A DNA stretch of 63,977 nucleotides, counting the filler, from Reticulomyxa filosa (lineage: Eukaryota; Protista; Foraminifera): assembly GCA_000512085.1 (NCBI GenBank). It is 25 parts of 25 records of this genome, joined end to end, with 100 filler letters (N's around TTAATTAATTAA, not from the genome) between each part and the next. Parts side by side here need not be neighbours in the genome. Positions count along the whole stretch, not along the records: positions 48,233 to 49,766 come from ASPP01007011.1; positions 49,867 to 51,033 come from ASPP01036497.1; positions 51,134 to 53,147 come from ASPP01001988.1; positions 53,248 to 56,644 come from ASPP01049641.1; positions 56,745 to 58,501 come from ASPP01041956.1; positions 58,602 to 60,504 come from ASPP01002077.1; positions 60,605 to 61,624 come from ASPP01029020.1; 18 more parts are not named here. One strand, written 5' to 3'. Position 1 is the first letter of the stretch; each line of letters starts with the position of its first letter. The notes under the pieces are model-generated. The model was not told the DNA's origin, did no database searches, and saw only the letters and a program-made list of their open reading frames with translations. The position numbers and the translations under genes were made by a program. Shown here one piece after another: positions 48,267 through 60,961 of the stretch.

Positions 48267-50078
48267 TAACAATTACATCCGCAGGACTTCTGTACACAAT
48301 TGGATATTATCACACGCCGTTTTCCCCGTTACTATACTGCACTGATGTACTGATCAATTCCATTGCTTTGCTGTTCAGCTTTTCACAGTACCAAAATGAA
48401 TTCAATATTTGTTGCTTTTTGTGTCGCTGTTGTTGTGAATTTCCTTGTGTCTCCTTTTCCGAACGCGAAGATAACAATATCATGCCTTTATTTTCGGTTA
48501 ATAGTCAAACTTCTACATCGACACGCAACTTATGACTTGTGATCAATCCTTTTGTTTTGTTTTGTTTTTTAGCGTCTGTTTGAGATTTTTGATGCAAATC
48601 GTATTTTGTCTTGTTTCATCCTCCTGTTTCGTATTCAGAGATGAAAATGGATGTACATAGATTGCAAAAAAAAAAAAAAACTGAACACTAAATGCCGCAC
48701 TATGAATGTTTATTTGGAATTATCTGTTGTACAATAAATTTTTTGTGTTTTTACAGTTTTTTACATTTCTTAGGACAACCTTTGGGATCTTTAAAAGTTG
48801 TGACATTGTTTGATGAACTCTTTCTTTTTTCTTGTTTTTTGTTTTTTAAGACCAGTAGTCGGTTTGAATGCATTAAAATTTAAGCATCTTGCTTTCTTTT
48901 TTGGTATGTTCAACATATCAGTGGCAGTGGTCTTAAATGATAAATTGAAATCAAGAGTGAATAAAATGTTGAAAGTTACAATAGAAACTTTAATTTTCAA
49001 AAAGCTTGAATTCGATAAAACTACAGCACAATCACAAGTTTTTGACAATGTACATCTTTTTTTTTAAAACTTTTAACTGTCGCCGCAACTTTCTTGGAGA
49101 AAGGTGTGGTCCATAATGTAAAAAAAGCATCTTGATTGGCTGTGTAAATAATTTCGCAAACAAAATATTGATCTCTTCTAAAAACTTAGTTTATAAAATT
49201 GAAATAAAACTTATTGAATATAATCTTAATTTAAAAAAAAGTGTAAGCATGAACAAAATTTTCTAGTATACATATAACATCGTGTATTTATATTTATCAA
49301 CTAGTGGTTTCACACGATCCCTCCTGCAGATAATTCGCAAGCGCATTTCACGTAATATGTGTATGAAAAGGTCTTATCGATTGGAGATAATTGTCATACT
49401 GTTATATATTGAAAATGATGATCAATAATATAACACCAGTTTAATGTGAAAACTAAAGATTACATATTATAGCATATATATGTAATAGTGGGTTTGTTGG
49501 GTGTTGTGGTTCTGTGTTAAACGTTAAACTGATACTAGTTGTTAATCAGCATATTTATATTGCATGTATTAAATCACCATCATAAATCTTTTTTTTTTTA
49601 TTATAATTACATTATATATAAGATATTGAAATGTATATTTGTAAAAATGAAAAAATATATATTATTTATTGGTCAATATTATTAATAATATGATTAAATT
49701 TTTTAATTTTTAATTTTTGGATTAAATACAGTATGTTGCAAAGAAAACTGAACGCATAAAACGATANNNNNNNNNNNNNNNNNNNNNNNNNNNNNNNNNN
49801 NNNNNNNNNNTTAATTAATTAANNNNNNNNNNNNNNNNNNNNNNNNNNNNNNNNNNNNNNNNNNNNAAGCACACACACACACACACACACATCTCATTTC
49901 AAAGTTCGAGTGTATACCGACGATGAATGTACATTTGTCTGAGAAAACAATAACAAGTATGAAGACAGTGCATTGACGAACATACTTTTGAAAGTGGTCC
50001 CAGATTTGCACAAGTATATTCATTGATATTAGAGCAGCAAGGTGCAAATGTTGTCTCCACACATGAATGTATTCAATT

Positions 50079-50282
50079 TCACAATGACACCTGAATTAAT
50101 CCATCGTATGGACCGTCAAGTGAGTGGATTGATAGTGTTTGATAAATCTTAATAACAACAATATCATGCGTAGGGAGTGTCTTATTCTCTGCTATGGATC
50201 CTTCATACAATTTCAATACACCGACAAAATTTGCTACAATTTGATGCAACCAAGCGTGCTTCTCACTAACAACGTGTCCCAA
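50079..50282 (-). pseudogene. Possible degenerate ABCB nucleotide-binding-domain remnant
   Basis: WLHQIV...LKLYEGSIAEN...IHSLDGPYD loosely echoes P.LF.GTIAENI...FI..LP.GYDT. No Walker motifs retained. Confidence 0.3.
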
Positions 50283-50397
50283 TTACATTATAAGTTGTGG
50301 CATTTTTTTTTTTTTTGCAAAATTGGTATACTTTTTGTATTACAATCGCGCCTTTGCTACTCAATCTTCGAGAAAATTTATTCAGTATTCAATTGCT

Positions 50398-50470
50398 CTA
50401 CTACCTACATGATGGCAAGAAGATACTACTCCAAGTCTTTTTTTGCCAAGAATTCCTATTTTAAACAGTC
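50398..50470 (+). repeat. Dispersed repeat, copy B (related to 25013-25093)
   Basis: See copy A. Both copies translate as M(T/M)ARR(Q/Y)YSKSF. Confidence 0.7.
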
Positions 50471-51133
50471 GACACTTACGCGTGGCTCTTTTGGAGCACT
50501 TGATAAAATTGAACTATCTAATGTTTTGTTTTGTTTTTTTCTTGGCACCAATTCTAAACAATAGAAATCATTAATTCCAGTTGTCAAAGACACAAGTAAA
50601 AAACCAAACTGTATTTTCGACATTCTTTTATATTTAAAATTTTAAGATTCAGAAATTTTTTTACGATGATGAGAAAGATATTAGATGAGCTGGAGGAAGT
50701 GTGTTGAAATTATTAAAAAAAAAAAAGAGAAACTCAATCCACACAAAGAAACAAAATTTTTTAATCAAAAATTGGAAGCAAGTGTTAAATACTTGCAATT
50801 GAATATGCAACCAACTGGCGTTTGAATTTTGCTGCTGACACCGCAATCACCACTTTCGATTGTTCAATCAATCATGGGAATATTACACGATATGGACATT
50901 CAATTTTTTTAAAATTATACGCCATTCGAAGCGAAATGCCATAATCTATATTCGATGCACGCTGTTGCAATCATTATTGCTATCATTGCTGGGGACTCAC
51001 TACAGCACCAATAGCAACGTAAACAGCAACAACNNNNNNNNNNNNNNNNNNNNNNNNNNNNNNNNNNNNNNNNNNNNTTAATTAATTAANNNNNNNNNNN
51101 NNNNNNNNNNNNNNNNNNNNNNNNNNNNNNNNN

Positions 51134-52135
51134 GAATTGGAATTGACATTGGCACTGCCATTGGCTTTAGACTTACGTTTGTGCTTACTTTTGCTCTTGC
51201 TTTTACTCTTACTTTTGCTTTTGCTTCTTCGTTTGGGACCGAGATGGACAGCTGGGCCAGGAGATGGCTCTTTCAAAATGATAGGCTTGACAGGAGGGTC
51301 GACTGGAACAGGAGACTCTTTTGGTTTGTCTCCATGAGGGAGATCGGGCCACTGTCCAGCGCTGCTTTCTTGAATTTTCCACGGTCTGGATGGTTTGGTT
51401 GAGGGGACATCCGTCATATGATATCTCGGCGGTCGATACAATGGCGTGTTGGGAAAGTGTCCAGGACGAGATCGTGATGACCATTCGGATTCGGAGGACC
51501 ATGAACGTCGTCGTCCCTCGGTTCGATTGCTGTCTCGACGTTGGCGCGGTATGCTTGGTTTATTGTTTTCCTCCTTCCATCGCTCGGGGTTGTAATACTC
51601 GGTCACACTACTCCTTCGGCGACCCCTTTTTCTAGTCTTTTCCTCCGTTCCCGTTTTGTTCCAATTGCCATTGTAGCCACCATTTTGGCGCGACTGTGTA
51701 TTCTTGCCGCTTTTTTTTCGCATCAGTTCATTGTGTTTCTGCAAGTTTTCTGGAGTCAATTTGCTTAAAGCTCCGTCGGCGAGGGAATAAGGCAAGGGCG
51801 ATGTGTGATCGCGTGAGTCCAGCGGCGTGCCGAGATGAGGCAGCGGAGATACTGCCAAGTTCCCAAATGGATGCATCGACGACGAGTCCACCGTGTAATA
51901 ACCAGGCGTGGTGGACGATGGATTTCGATCGGGCGCGGGTAGTGGTGAAAACGACACCTGAACATCAATTTTCGCGCCCTTTGCGATATTCTCATATTCG
52001 ATTGCCACATTGGACGTAGTCAAATCGATTCCTCCGATTACGTGATCACGACGAGGATTAAGAGAATAAGGATGACTGCTAGAGCGGGTCATGGGTACCG
52101 TTGCAAATATTGGCGGTAGTTGTTGTTGTTGTTGC

Positions 52136-52178
<43 letters not shown>

Positions 52179-53147
52179 GCTGTTGCTGTTGTTGCTGTTG
52201 TTGCTGTTGTTGCTGTTGTTGCTGTTGTTGTTGTAAATGCGTTTTAGTTTTTGCCTGTTGCTGTTGCCACGGATCAGTAGCAATTGGCTTAATTGCGTCA
52301 TACGGATTCGTTGGAGTCGCCACTTTGACGGGTGTTCCTAACAGCATACCGACACTGGGCTCACTTCCGATTTGAGGATTGGCGTATGAAGACAAAGTTT
52401 CGATCGCAGTAGTTGTCGTGGCTGTCGTGGTCGTCGTCGTGGCGCCCGTCGCGACAGCCGCGGCTGTCGGTTTTGTAATTTTGACAGGAGGCGGCTTCGT
52501 GGGTCGCGGGTAGGTGTTCTGTGGTGGAATGCTCTGTTGCGTCCCAAATGGGTTGATCACCTGTCCTTGTGGCGTTTGAAACGAGGATGGCGAGGACGAG
52601 ATTCGCGAACCGATCGATGGGGTTGTCATAAGTCGCATGGACGAATCATTGGGAGTAGTATTAATTGCCGGTCCAGGTGGCGAAATAGCCGCTAATCGAG
52701 GCCTATAAATCGGAGTAGTGTTCAACTCACCACTGTGAGTTTCACTCGTTTCGGCTCGTGAAACAATTTCGCGTCCACTTGCGGCTGTTGAATCACTGAA
52801 CATCGTTCGGCTGGTCGGACCTGTGACGTGGCCAGGAGACCTTTTCAGATTCTCGTGTCGAGTATGGTGAGACATGACGTCGCTGTTCGGATTGGAAATC
52901 ACGCTGATACTACCGACGCTGGGAAAGTGAGAATCGTAGCGCTTTGAACTGGGTACACTCTTGGTTCGAATCATATCGGGGGACTTTGCTGTCAGATCTT
53001 GTGATGTCAAACTGCCAATCACACTGGCGACTTCTTGATTTATGCTCGGACTTGGACTTGGTTCTTTGCCATAGAGATTCCTTGAATTGTATGTAATATG
53101 AGGTGCTATCATTTTTGTCGGTCCTTTGTTCGGGTTCAATTGTTTCC
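51134..53147 (-). CDS. Internal exon of a large intrinsically disordered Ser/Pro/Thr/Gln-rich protein
   Basis: About 2 kb of open frame spanning the whole contig, with a 38-Gln tract and a (SK)n tract. Confidence 0.75.
52120..52233 (-). repeat. CAA/CAG trinucleotide repeat encoding 38 Gln
   Basis: 114 nt of (TTG/CTG)n on the + strand. Confidence 0.95.
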
Positions 53148-53247
53148 NNNNNNNNNNNNNNNNNNNNNNNNNNNNNNNNNNNNNNNNNNNNTTAATTAAT
53201 TAANNNNNNNNNNNNNNNNNNNNNNNNNNNNNNNNNNNNNNNNNNNN

Positions 53248-53661
53248 GATAACAGGACCAGTCAAAAAAAAAAAAAAAAAAAAAAGGATACAAAAAAAAA
53301 AAAAAAAAAAAAAAAGTTTGTGAGAAGCAAACTTATTGCGAGATTCGATGTTTGCTTGCATACTATGCAATAGTTCGACTACGTTTAAGTGACCATACTG
53401 ACAGGCAAAGTGCAAGGCAGTGTTTCGAGTCTTGTAAACTCCATTGTCACCACCTTCGTCAGTTTCATTCACCAATGTCGGGTTCAGCCTCAACACATCA
53501 CGACAACCTGCTACATTTCCCCTCCTTGCAAAGTGAAACAGCTTCTGCGCTGGCTCTAATCCAGATAATATGTCTCGTTCTGCATCTGTTATTGGTGTCG
53601 CTGGTGTTGTTGTTGTTGTTGTCACTGTTGTTTCCTTTTCTTTCGAGGAAGATAATGACAT
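53248..53661 (-). CDS. Ankyrin-repeat protein, first exon, partial
   Basis: LFHFARRGNVAGCRDVL and NTALHFACQYGHLNVVELLHSMQANIESRNK. Confidence 0.85.
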
Positions 53662-54075
53662 TTTTAAAAAGTTCTTCGTTGTTTATTTTTCGCGTCAATT
53701 TTTAAAAAACATCCCAAAGCAAAGTAAACCCGTTGTCTGTTCTATTTATTTGTTTTTTTCATGGTTTTTCAAGAAATAAAATTGTAGTTGTGGTGACACT
53801 TTCGCTTTTTTTGTTAAATTATTCATCTTTAATAATTTTTTTGAACAATCAAAACGTTTCTAAAAAGTAAGAGGTGTCCTCCTATAATTTAAGACTGACT
53901 CTCTAACTTGAACAGTTTACTTTTTTCTTTAAAAACTAATTTGATCAGTATTAATAAGTGCCTTCATTGGGAGAAAAAAGATTGTTGGCACAACAAACTG
54001 TAGTTTCACTTTTGTTGACTACGCCCGTCAAAAGGAAAAAAGTGCACTTTCAAGAAAAAGATTATGATGTATCCA

Positions 54076-55656
54076 ATGAATCGTTTTATTTGTGCGAGTG
54101 TTTGTACAATAATATTTTTTCTGCAAAGATGTTTCTCATATGAAATAACAGTTTCAGGTACAATGAAATTATTGTGCTATGAACCAAAAAAAAAAGCAAA
54201 ACAAAAGCAAACAAAAAAACCGCAATAAACAACATAAAAAAAAAAAAGGAATATCGAGTGGTGGATACATGGCAGTGCAGTACCACGTGGCCTTCAGCAA
54301 GTCTGTGACAGGAGCAGGAATAGTGGCAGGTAAAGGAGTGCGTTTATATTCTCTCCAAAAAAAAAAAAATCTTTTGTGTCAAAACAGATAATTGTCACAA
54401 AAAAAAAAAAAAAAAAAAAGCAAGAAGGGGAAGAAAAAAGAACTTTTTAAAAAAAAAAAAAAAAAATAGGAGGGCCCTACTATTGTGCAGAAGACAATGC
54501 AGAAATGGCTACAACAGGGTGCATGACCGACCCAGACTTGATAAATGTGAACACACTGGTGGCGATAACGAACAACGAATACGACACAACATTGGCGATC
54601 GACGACCCGACCAATCTGAAATACGATCAAGTGGTGTTGTACACCGGAACGAATGACACCGTGGTGGTGAGCGGAGTGGTGTTCAAACTGCTCGACTATT
54701 ATCAGCACTTCATCCAAACAACCAACGACAACATCGAAATGATTGACAACATACCGTCAGCACACGCCATGGTCACAAACTACTACGGCAACGATTGCGG
54801 CTTTCTTGGAAGTCCATACATCGTCAATTGTAACTATGATTTGGCCGGACAAATTTTCTCCCATTTGTACGGTAATTTACACAGTCCAAGTGCTCCGGGG
54901 CAATATAATGTTCATCTATATATATATATATATATACATTATATATATGTATATATATATATACATATATATATATATGTATATATTTATATATGTATAT
55001 AGTATATATGTTATTTGTATGTATTGCACTTTTTTTTTGCTTTGTTTTGATAGGGGGACCATCATTACGACTAGCCAATCAGATTATATACCTATTGCTT
55101 ATACACCTTATGATGCTGGGTTACAAGATGACGCCTATGTGTTTGTTCCGCCAGGTACTGTTTTTTTTTTTTATTTTCCTTCCCCTCACACCACCTTTTT
55201 CTTTGGCTTCGGACTTTTGCTTCGAGATTTACAAATGGTCTTGCAAGATGGAGCCTTTTTTTTTTTTGGTGGGGAGCCAATTGGGAGTGAGGAGTTTATT
55301 TAGACTTTGTAGAATGTGTTACTCTTGCGTGGGCCGCGGGCTGTACGCTGTTTGGTTGATTCATAGGTTGCCAGTGGCCTTTGAAAGGAAACACGCAGTG
55401 CAAAGTGCACGTGAGTTACCATGGATGTAATATGTCGGTGGATGACATTGGAATGCAATATATCGAACACGCAGGGTATAATGAATGGGCGTCCACCAAT
55501 CAAATCATTGTCCTTTATCCCCAAGCGAGGGCCAATGATTTAAATCCCAATGGCTGTTGGGATTGGTGGGGCTACACAGGAATTGACTATGCCTGTAAAT
55601 TGGGCGTTCAACTGACTACTGTTGATAGTATTCTCAAAGCTGCTATTGACTCGTAA
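54076..55656 (+). CDS. Secreted poly(3-hydroxybutyrate) depolymerase-like esterase, about 5 exons
   Basis: Signal peptide MNRFICASVCTIIFFLQRCFS. Lipase box ITVSG|ISSGGYMAVQ, AG|GPYYCA, HAMVT, CNYDLAG, VHVSYHGC, GYNEWASTNQIIVLYPQ and NPNGCWDWWGY. Introns 54158-54248 and 54330-54469 checked in frame; the phase of the third intron is unresolved. Confidence 0.9.
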
Positions 55657-56899
55657 ATACAATAAAAATTCTTTGTTTCTTGTTTGTTTTTTTTTTTCAT
55701 GTACTTATCATACAAAATTACTCTTTTTTTTCTTTCTCTTGAAAACTATTATCGGAAGAAGGACGTTCAACCTATTTTCACAATTCACAAACGTTAGAGC
55801 AAAATTTCTTTGGATAAGTCACTATACACAATGGTTTTAAACTTTCTAAATGTATTACTTTGAAATTTTGTTGCATCAAGAATATTACGCTCTCTTCAGC
55901 TTTCCCATGTATCAGTCACTCAAAAAAAAAAAAAAAAAGAAACAAAGATTGGTCCGCAAAACCATTAGATTTATTGAATGTTTGAAAACATTTCGTGTAC
56001 AAAGCGCCGAAGCCCTTTCGAAAAGGAGTCCAAATATGTTCAACAAAAAACACTTAGCTTGTGATAATCGTCCGAGTCAAAATACAAAATTTTCACACGA
56101 CCTTTGCAAGTAGGCCATAATAGTCAAAGCAAAAAAAAAGAAAGTGCAGGTAAGGATATTCCATGAGGACAAAAATTGGTTTTTTGTCACGTCGATTATA
56201 TGTACTTTTCCTACATAACTTCAAAGCCTCAATTACCAACAAAAAAAAAAAAAAAAAAAAAAAAAAAGTGCAGATACTGTTGTGAGAACAACTTGAAGGT
56301 ATATTTGTGCCTTTGAAAACAACTACCGAATACAAAGTACCGTAAAAGTGAAATACATGTGGGGTGGAAAAAAAAAAAAAGATAAACAGCAGCAAAGATG
56401 GTTGTTCTTTTTGCCAAGATAATACCAAATGACGATTTGACTTATCGCGTAGTGAAGAGAATGCATTCCAACCTTAATGTAAAGAACGACAAACTTTGTG
56501 GAGGAATGAACAAAAATTACGACCGCAAAGATCAGCAAATGATCTCAAATCACTTGGTAACGCATTTTTGGTTTGTTTGTTTGTTTGTTTTCTTCAAAAG
56601 AATTTCTTTTTTGTGATTCTAACTAAAACGATAGACCAAAAAAGNNNNNNNNNNNNNNNNNNNNNNNNNNNNNNNNNNNNNNNNNNNNTTAATTAATTAA
56701 NNNNNNNNNNNNNNNNNNNNNNNNNNNNNNNNNNNNNNNNNNNNCAACAAAAATCAGTAATTCCAATCATTCAAATCAATTCTAAAATTCCAATCAGAGG
56801 AATTGTTGTTGGTTTCTGTTGTAGGTTCAACTTTCGATTTTTCATCAGGAACAATGAATGCAATTTTGCTGAGATCTTGCTCATTATTGAATAATATTC

Positions 56900-58461
56900 G
56901 TAATGTCGTCAATTTTTCTTTTTTTAGATGCAGGTTCTCAGCACTCTGCGTTTGAGGTGTTATTATCTTCGTCTTTGAAAGATATGGGAATATTCTTATT
57001 GTCAGCCATTTGCACGTCCTCAGTTTATAGGAGCACTCATTATTGAAGGATTGGCATCGGGAAAAATATTTTTAATGATATCGTACACTTTATTATCATC
57101 CTGAAAATCCTCGCTGCAGCGACAAAGGCCGAATCAGCAATGTTGTTGTTGTCATTGTTGGGGTTATCATCAATGACCACAACTTCAGATTGATTCTGGG
57201 CAGAAGGAGGGGTAGAATTAATGACAAAATCGTCATCTCCAAAAAAGTGAGCTGCTTCGTTTTGTAAATCTTCTAAATCTCTTTGAAAAATGGCATCATT
57301 ATAATTATAAGGTTCATCAAAAATATCATCATAGCGAATATCTAACTTCTCAGATATTTCTCCTTTAATTCGCGTATGAAACTCCTCTGCACTCGTTGGA
57401 AAAATTGTTGCAAAGTATTTATTCCTTCAAACAATGCTCGTTTCTAATGATTTTTCCATCACAAATACAGCCTCAATGGCATCCAAAGGCAACACAATAT
57501 CTCGATACATTAATCGCGCATGAGCCCGAGCAAGTCGAATCAACGACTCCAACAAACGTAAGGTGGTTCGACTCATATCACGTTCGATTCGACCTCTTTG
57601 CAACTGATAATAGCGTGTCAAAATGGCCTGAGCGCCTTCGGATATCGTCACTTTCCTTTTTTTGGCAAGTCGAAAATAAGCACGCATTTGGTCAATACTC
57701 CAAGACACTCGAAAGTCGTGTTCGTTCATATTTACTTTCGCTTCGTCTTTGTCCGCCAAGCATGGTTTCTTTTCGTCTTCTTCTTCTTCCATGTGTTTTT
57801 CAGGAGCTGAGCTTATGTATTGTATATTTTGCATCCCAACATCAAAAAAAAAAAAACAACGCTACAATATAAATATACATTACCTTTGCAAAAATTGTGT
57901 GTGTGTGAATATCTCTAGTATTGCAATGATTCCAATCGACATCATCATCAACGAGTTCATGATATGGTTTCCGACGATTAGATCCCAGCGGTCATTTTTT
58001 TTGTCCAAGAGGAGCAAGATCAAATCAAAGCGACTGAGCAAGCTGCTGGCCATGCCGACATTGACGGACAACGTGCTGTCGATATCGAACCCGTGTGGGG
58101 GGTTCATAGCGGCCATGACAGTGGCTCTGGAATGGAGGGAGCAAACGAACTCTCCCTTTAGCAACAGAAATGGTCTGTTGTTCCATGGCCTCATAAATGA
58201 TGCTGCGGTCATTTTCGCGAATGGAGCCCAGTTCGTCAATGCAGCATATCCCCCCCCCCCATTGGCCAGTACCAGCACCCACTCCCCGCTGTCCTTCACC
58301 GCGCTCACCGTGAGACCAGCACTTGTGGTGCCGATCCCCGTTGTCAGCACACTGCGGTCACTAATTTGCGCAGCATAGCGAAGCAGCTGCGATTTGCCAG
58401 TGCCAGGATCTCCGACCAACAGTAAATGTGATTGTCCGCGAATGCAAGAAGACGACATCAT
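56900..58461 (-). pseudogene. MCM9: MCM9 helicase gene, disrupted (5' part missing)
   Basis: [68 protein letters not shown] and TTLRLLESLIRLARAHARLM. The conserved EAGAL is deleted, there are frameshifts at the C11 run (58250-58260) and near 58155, and a stop or frameshift at 57427. Confidence 0.85.
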
Positions 58462-59099
58462 ATTGGTATTATTTTTATCATGATTTAATCCATCATAATA
58501 ANNNNNNNNNNNNNNNNNNNNNNNNNNNNNNNNNNNNNNNNNNNNTTAATTAATTAANNNNNNNNNNNNNNNNNNNNNNNNNNNNNNNNNNNNNNNNNNN
58601 NAATTACTTTTTATTTTTTTTATCAATGAAAAAAAAGATGAACTAAATATGTCAGGCCAAAACAATTGTGTGAGCTAGACCCATCCACTCTAGACTGCAG
58701 ACACTGACTAAAGGTAAGGTCGTGACATTGTAGTTGATCTAACTTTTTACTACTGTTGAAGTAATACAAAACCTCAATATATTCTTGATCCTTTTTATGA
58801 TTTTTCATGCATTACACTTTTTTTTTTCCAAAAGAAAACTGTCATAAGTGGCAAGAATTTGTTAAAAATTTGAATAAATTCAGTTTTGCTGACTTTGTTT
58901 CATCTCATAAGAGTGTTTTAGTAAAATTTTACAACATGGTGTGAGCAATGCAAAACGATGCAATTAGAATTTGAAAAAGCTGTAAAACGTTTGCAAAAAG
59001 ATGAAGCAGAGACATTTTTAGTGAAAAATTTAATAAGAGTCAAGCTAATGCTGGATTGATTTCAGCAGGGTCAAAACCTTGTCGTAGCAAATGGCGAAC

Positions 59100-60282
59100 A
59101 TTTGCAAGTGATTAATCGTAGATTTGATTACTACAAGCAAAATCAATGTAATTGTTGGTGGGGCCCACCACTATCGATAATGTCTATCATATCTCTGTGG
59201 TCGTGTAAAACTTGTTGGAAGTGAGAGATTCTTCTTTAATCGTCCATTAATACAAAGCAATTGATGTTGGCAAAATTCTTGATGTGAAGAAAACTAGTCC
59301 GCTTTGATGAAAGAGCGCAAGGTATCAACACTGTCAAAAGTAGTATTTTGATAAATTAGCAAAGGCTCGTCAATGCACTTGTGCATGTGTTTGTTGCTAT
59401 TGTAATATTCGACAAAGTTGAGCACGGTCCAGCCATAAGGGGTCAATGCTTGAGCAATGCTTCGAAAGTAGTTTGGATTCGACATGTCTAGCAATACTTT
59501 CTTTGTACCACTTTGATAATTTGAGTGTTCAAGCCAATTCAATATGGTTTGCAGCAAAGGTTTCTTTGAATTAATTAATATATCCTTTGCATTGTCTTGA
59601 AATTTGTGTAGGCAAAAACATATTTCAATAATAAAAAAAAAGACTATACTTAACAATACCTTTAAACTGACGAATATGATCTTTCAAAGTGTATATATAT
59701 TTTCATTGCCGGACACTAATTTGGATGTTTAATTGGCCAACAGAACGGTGGTGACTTGGCTTCGATGTTTGACCACGCCTTCCTTTAAGGCGATATTTTC
59801 AATTATTGCAAAGCCTTGCGAAGCGTCACAAAACGACAGGTCATTGTACTCATCGTTTTCATCCATCCTGCTAAGAGCAAAAGCTTCATCTCCAACGCTG
59901 GCATTAGCCACCACAATCAGTCGATCTAAAAAAAAATAAAAGAATGTGGATACGTTTGACAAAAAAAAAAGGGCGGAAGAAAATATTATTATTTTAATTC
60001 CAGCAATTTGGCGAGATAACAACTAGTAATAAAAGGATTTCTATGAACACCAACCAAGCAATGAATATAAACATTGCTACACTTTAATTCCGAATCAATT
60101 TTATCAATGTGATTATCCAACTCTTCCAAAAGTGCAAATTTTCTCTTACAATCGATAACAATATTAAATTCTTCTTTCCAAGTGGAAATATCAAAATGCC
60201 ATTCTCTCCTATAACAGTTCATAGTGCCAAACAGTGTTTGACATTGTGTGTTGTATTTTTGAAAAACGACAGCTAAATACAA
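59100..60282 (-). pseudogene. Hypothetical gene with in-frame stops (pseudogene), family unassigned
   Basis: Exon-like ORFs 59989-60282, 59729-60022 and 59294-59656. Protein-like reading continues past the stops at 59729 and 59294. Confidence 0.4.
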
Positions 60283-60604
60283 ATGAGATATGTTGCAACA
60301 CTCAAATACAATTCATGTCCTTCATACACTCCCCATTAATGTGAAACGCCAATTGCCGGACTGCCATTTATTGTTGCGCAACATTGTTTCAATGCATCTT
60401 GAAATCAATTTAGTAAAAAATTTTCACATACGCATTATATAACAAATGCATATAAATATATGTTATAAAAAAGAAACTTGAATATATCAAAATTTCTCAA
60501 TGAANNNNNNNNNNNNNNNNNNNNNNNNNNNNNNNNNNNNNNNNNNNNTTAATTAATTAANNNNNNNNNNNNNNNNNNNNNNNNNNNNNNNNNNNNNNNN
60601 NNNN

Positions 60605-60961
60605 ATTGTTTGCACCTAGTATCATATTAACACTGACGGCTCCCATGGCTTGGAGATTCCACGGTATTAGTTTTGCAATCATTTCTACCGCTGCTCTTCC
60701 CACTGCTCCTACTATTGCTCCTACTATTGTTCCTAATATTACTGTTCCCACTGTTGCTGGCAAGTTTCCCAAACGCGCTCTTGCGACCGCTCCTCCCGCG
60801 ACCGCTCCTATTACTAAATAGAGGATAAGGGACCCTTCTTTTGCAGCCTTAATAGTAAAATATTCTGGAGGGAATGCTTTTTTAAAGGTTTTTTCACTCA
60901 ATTCTTTTGCTAATTGTTCGTACGTATTGGGATTGTTGTGCGTTTTGAAATCCAAGTCCAA
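60605..60961 (-). CDS. Hypothetical protein with glycine-zipper-like hydrophobic segments, partial
   Basis: IGAVAGGAVA...VGTVILGTIVGAIVGAVG, a GxxxG periodic pattern. Confidence 0.45.
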
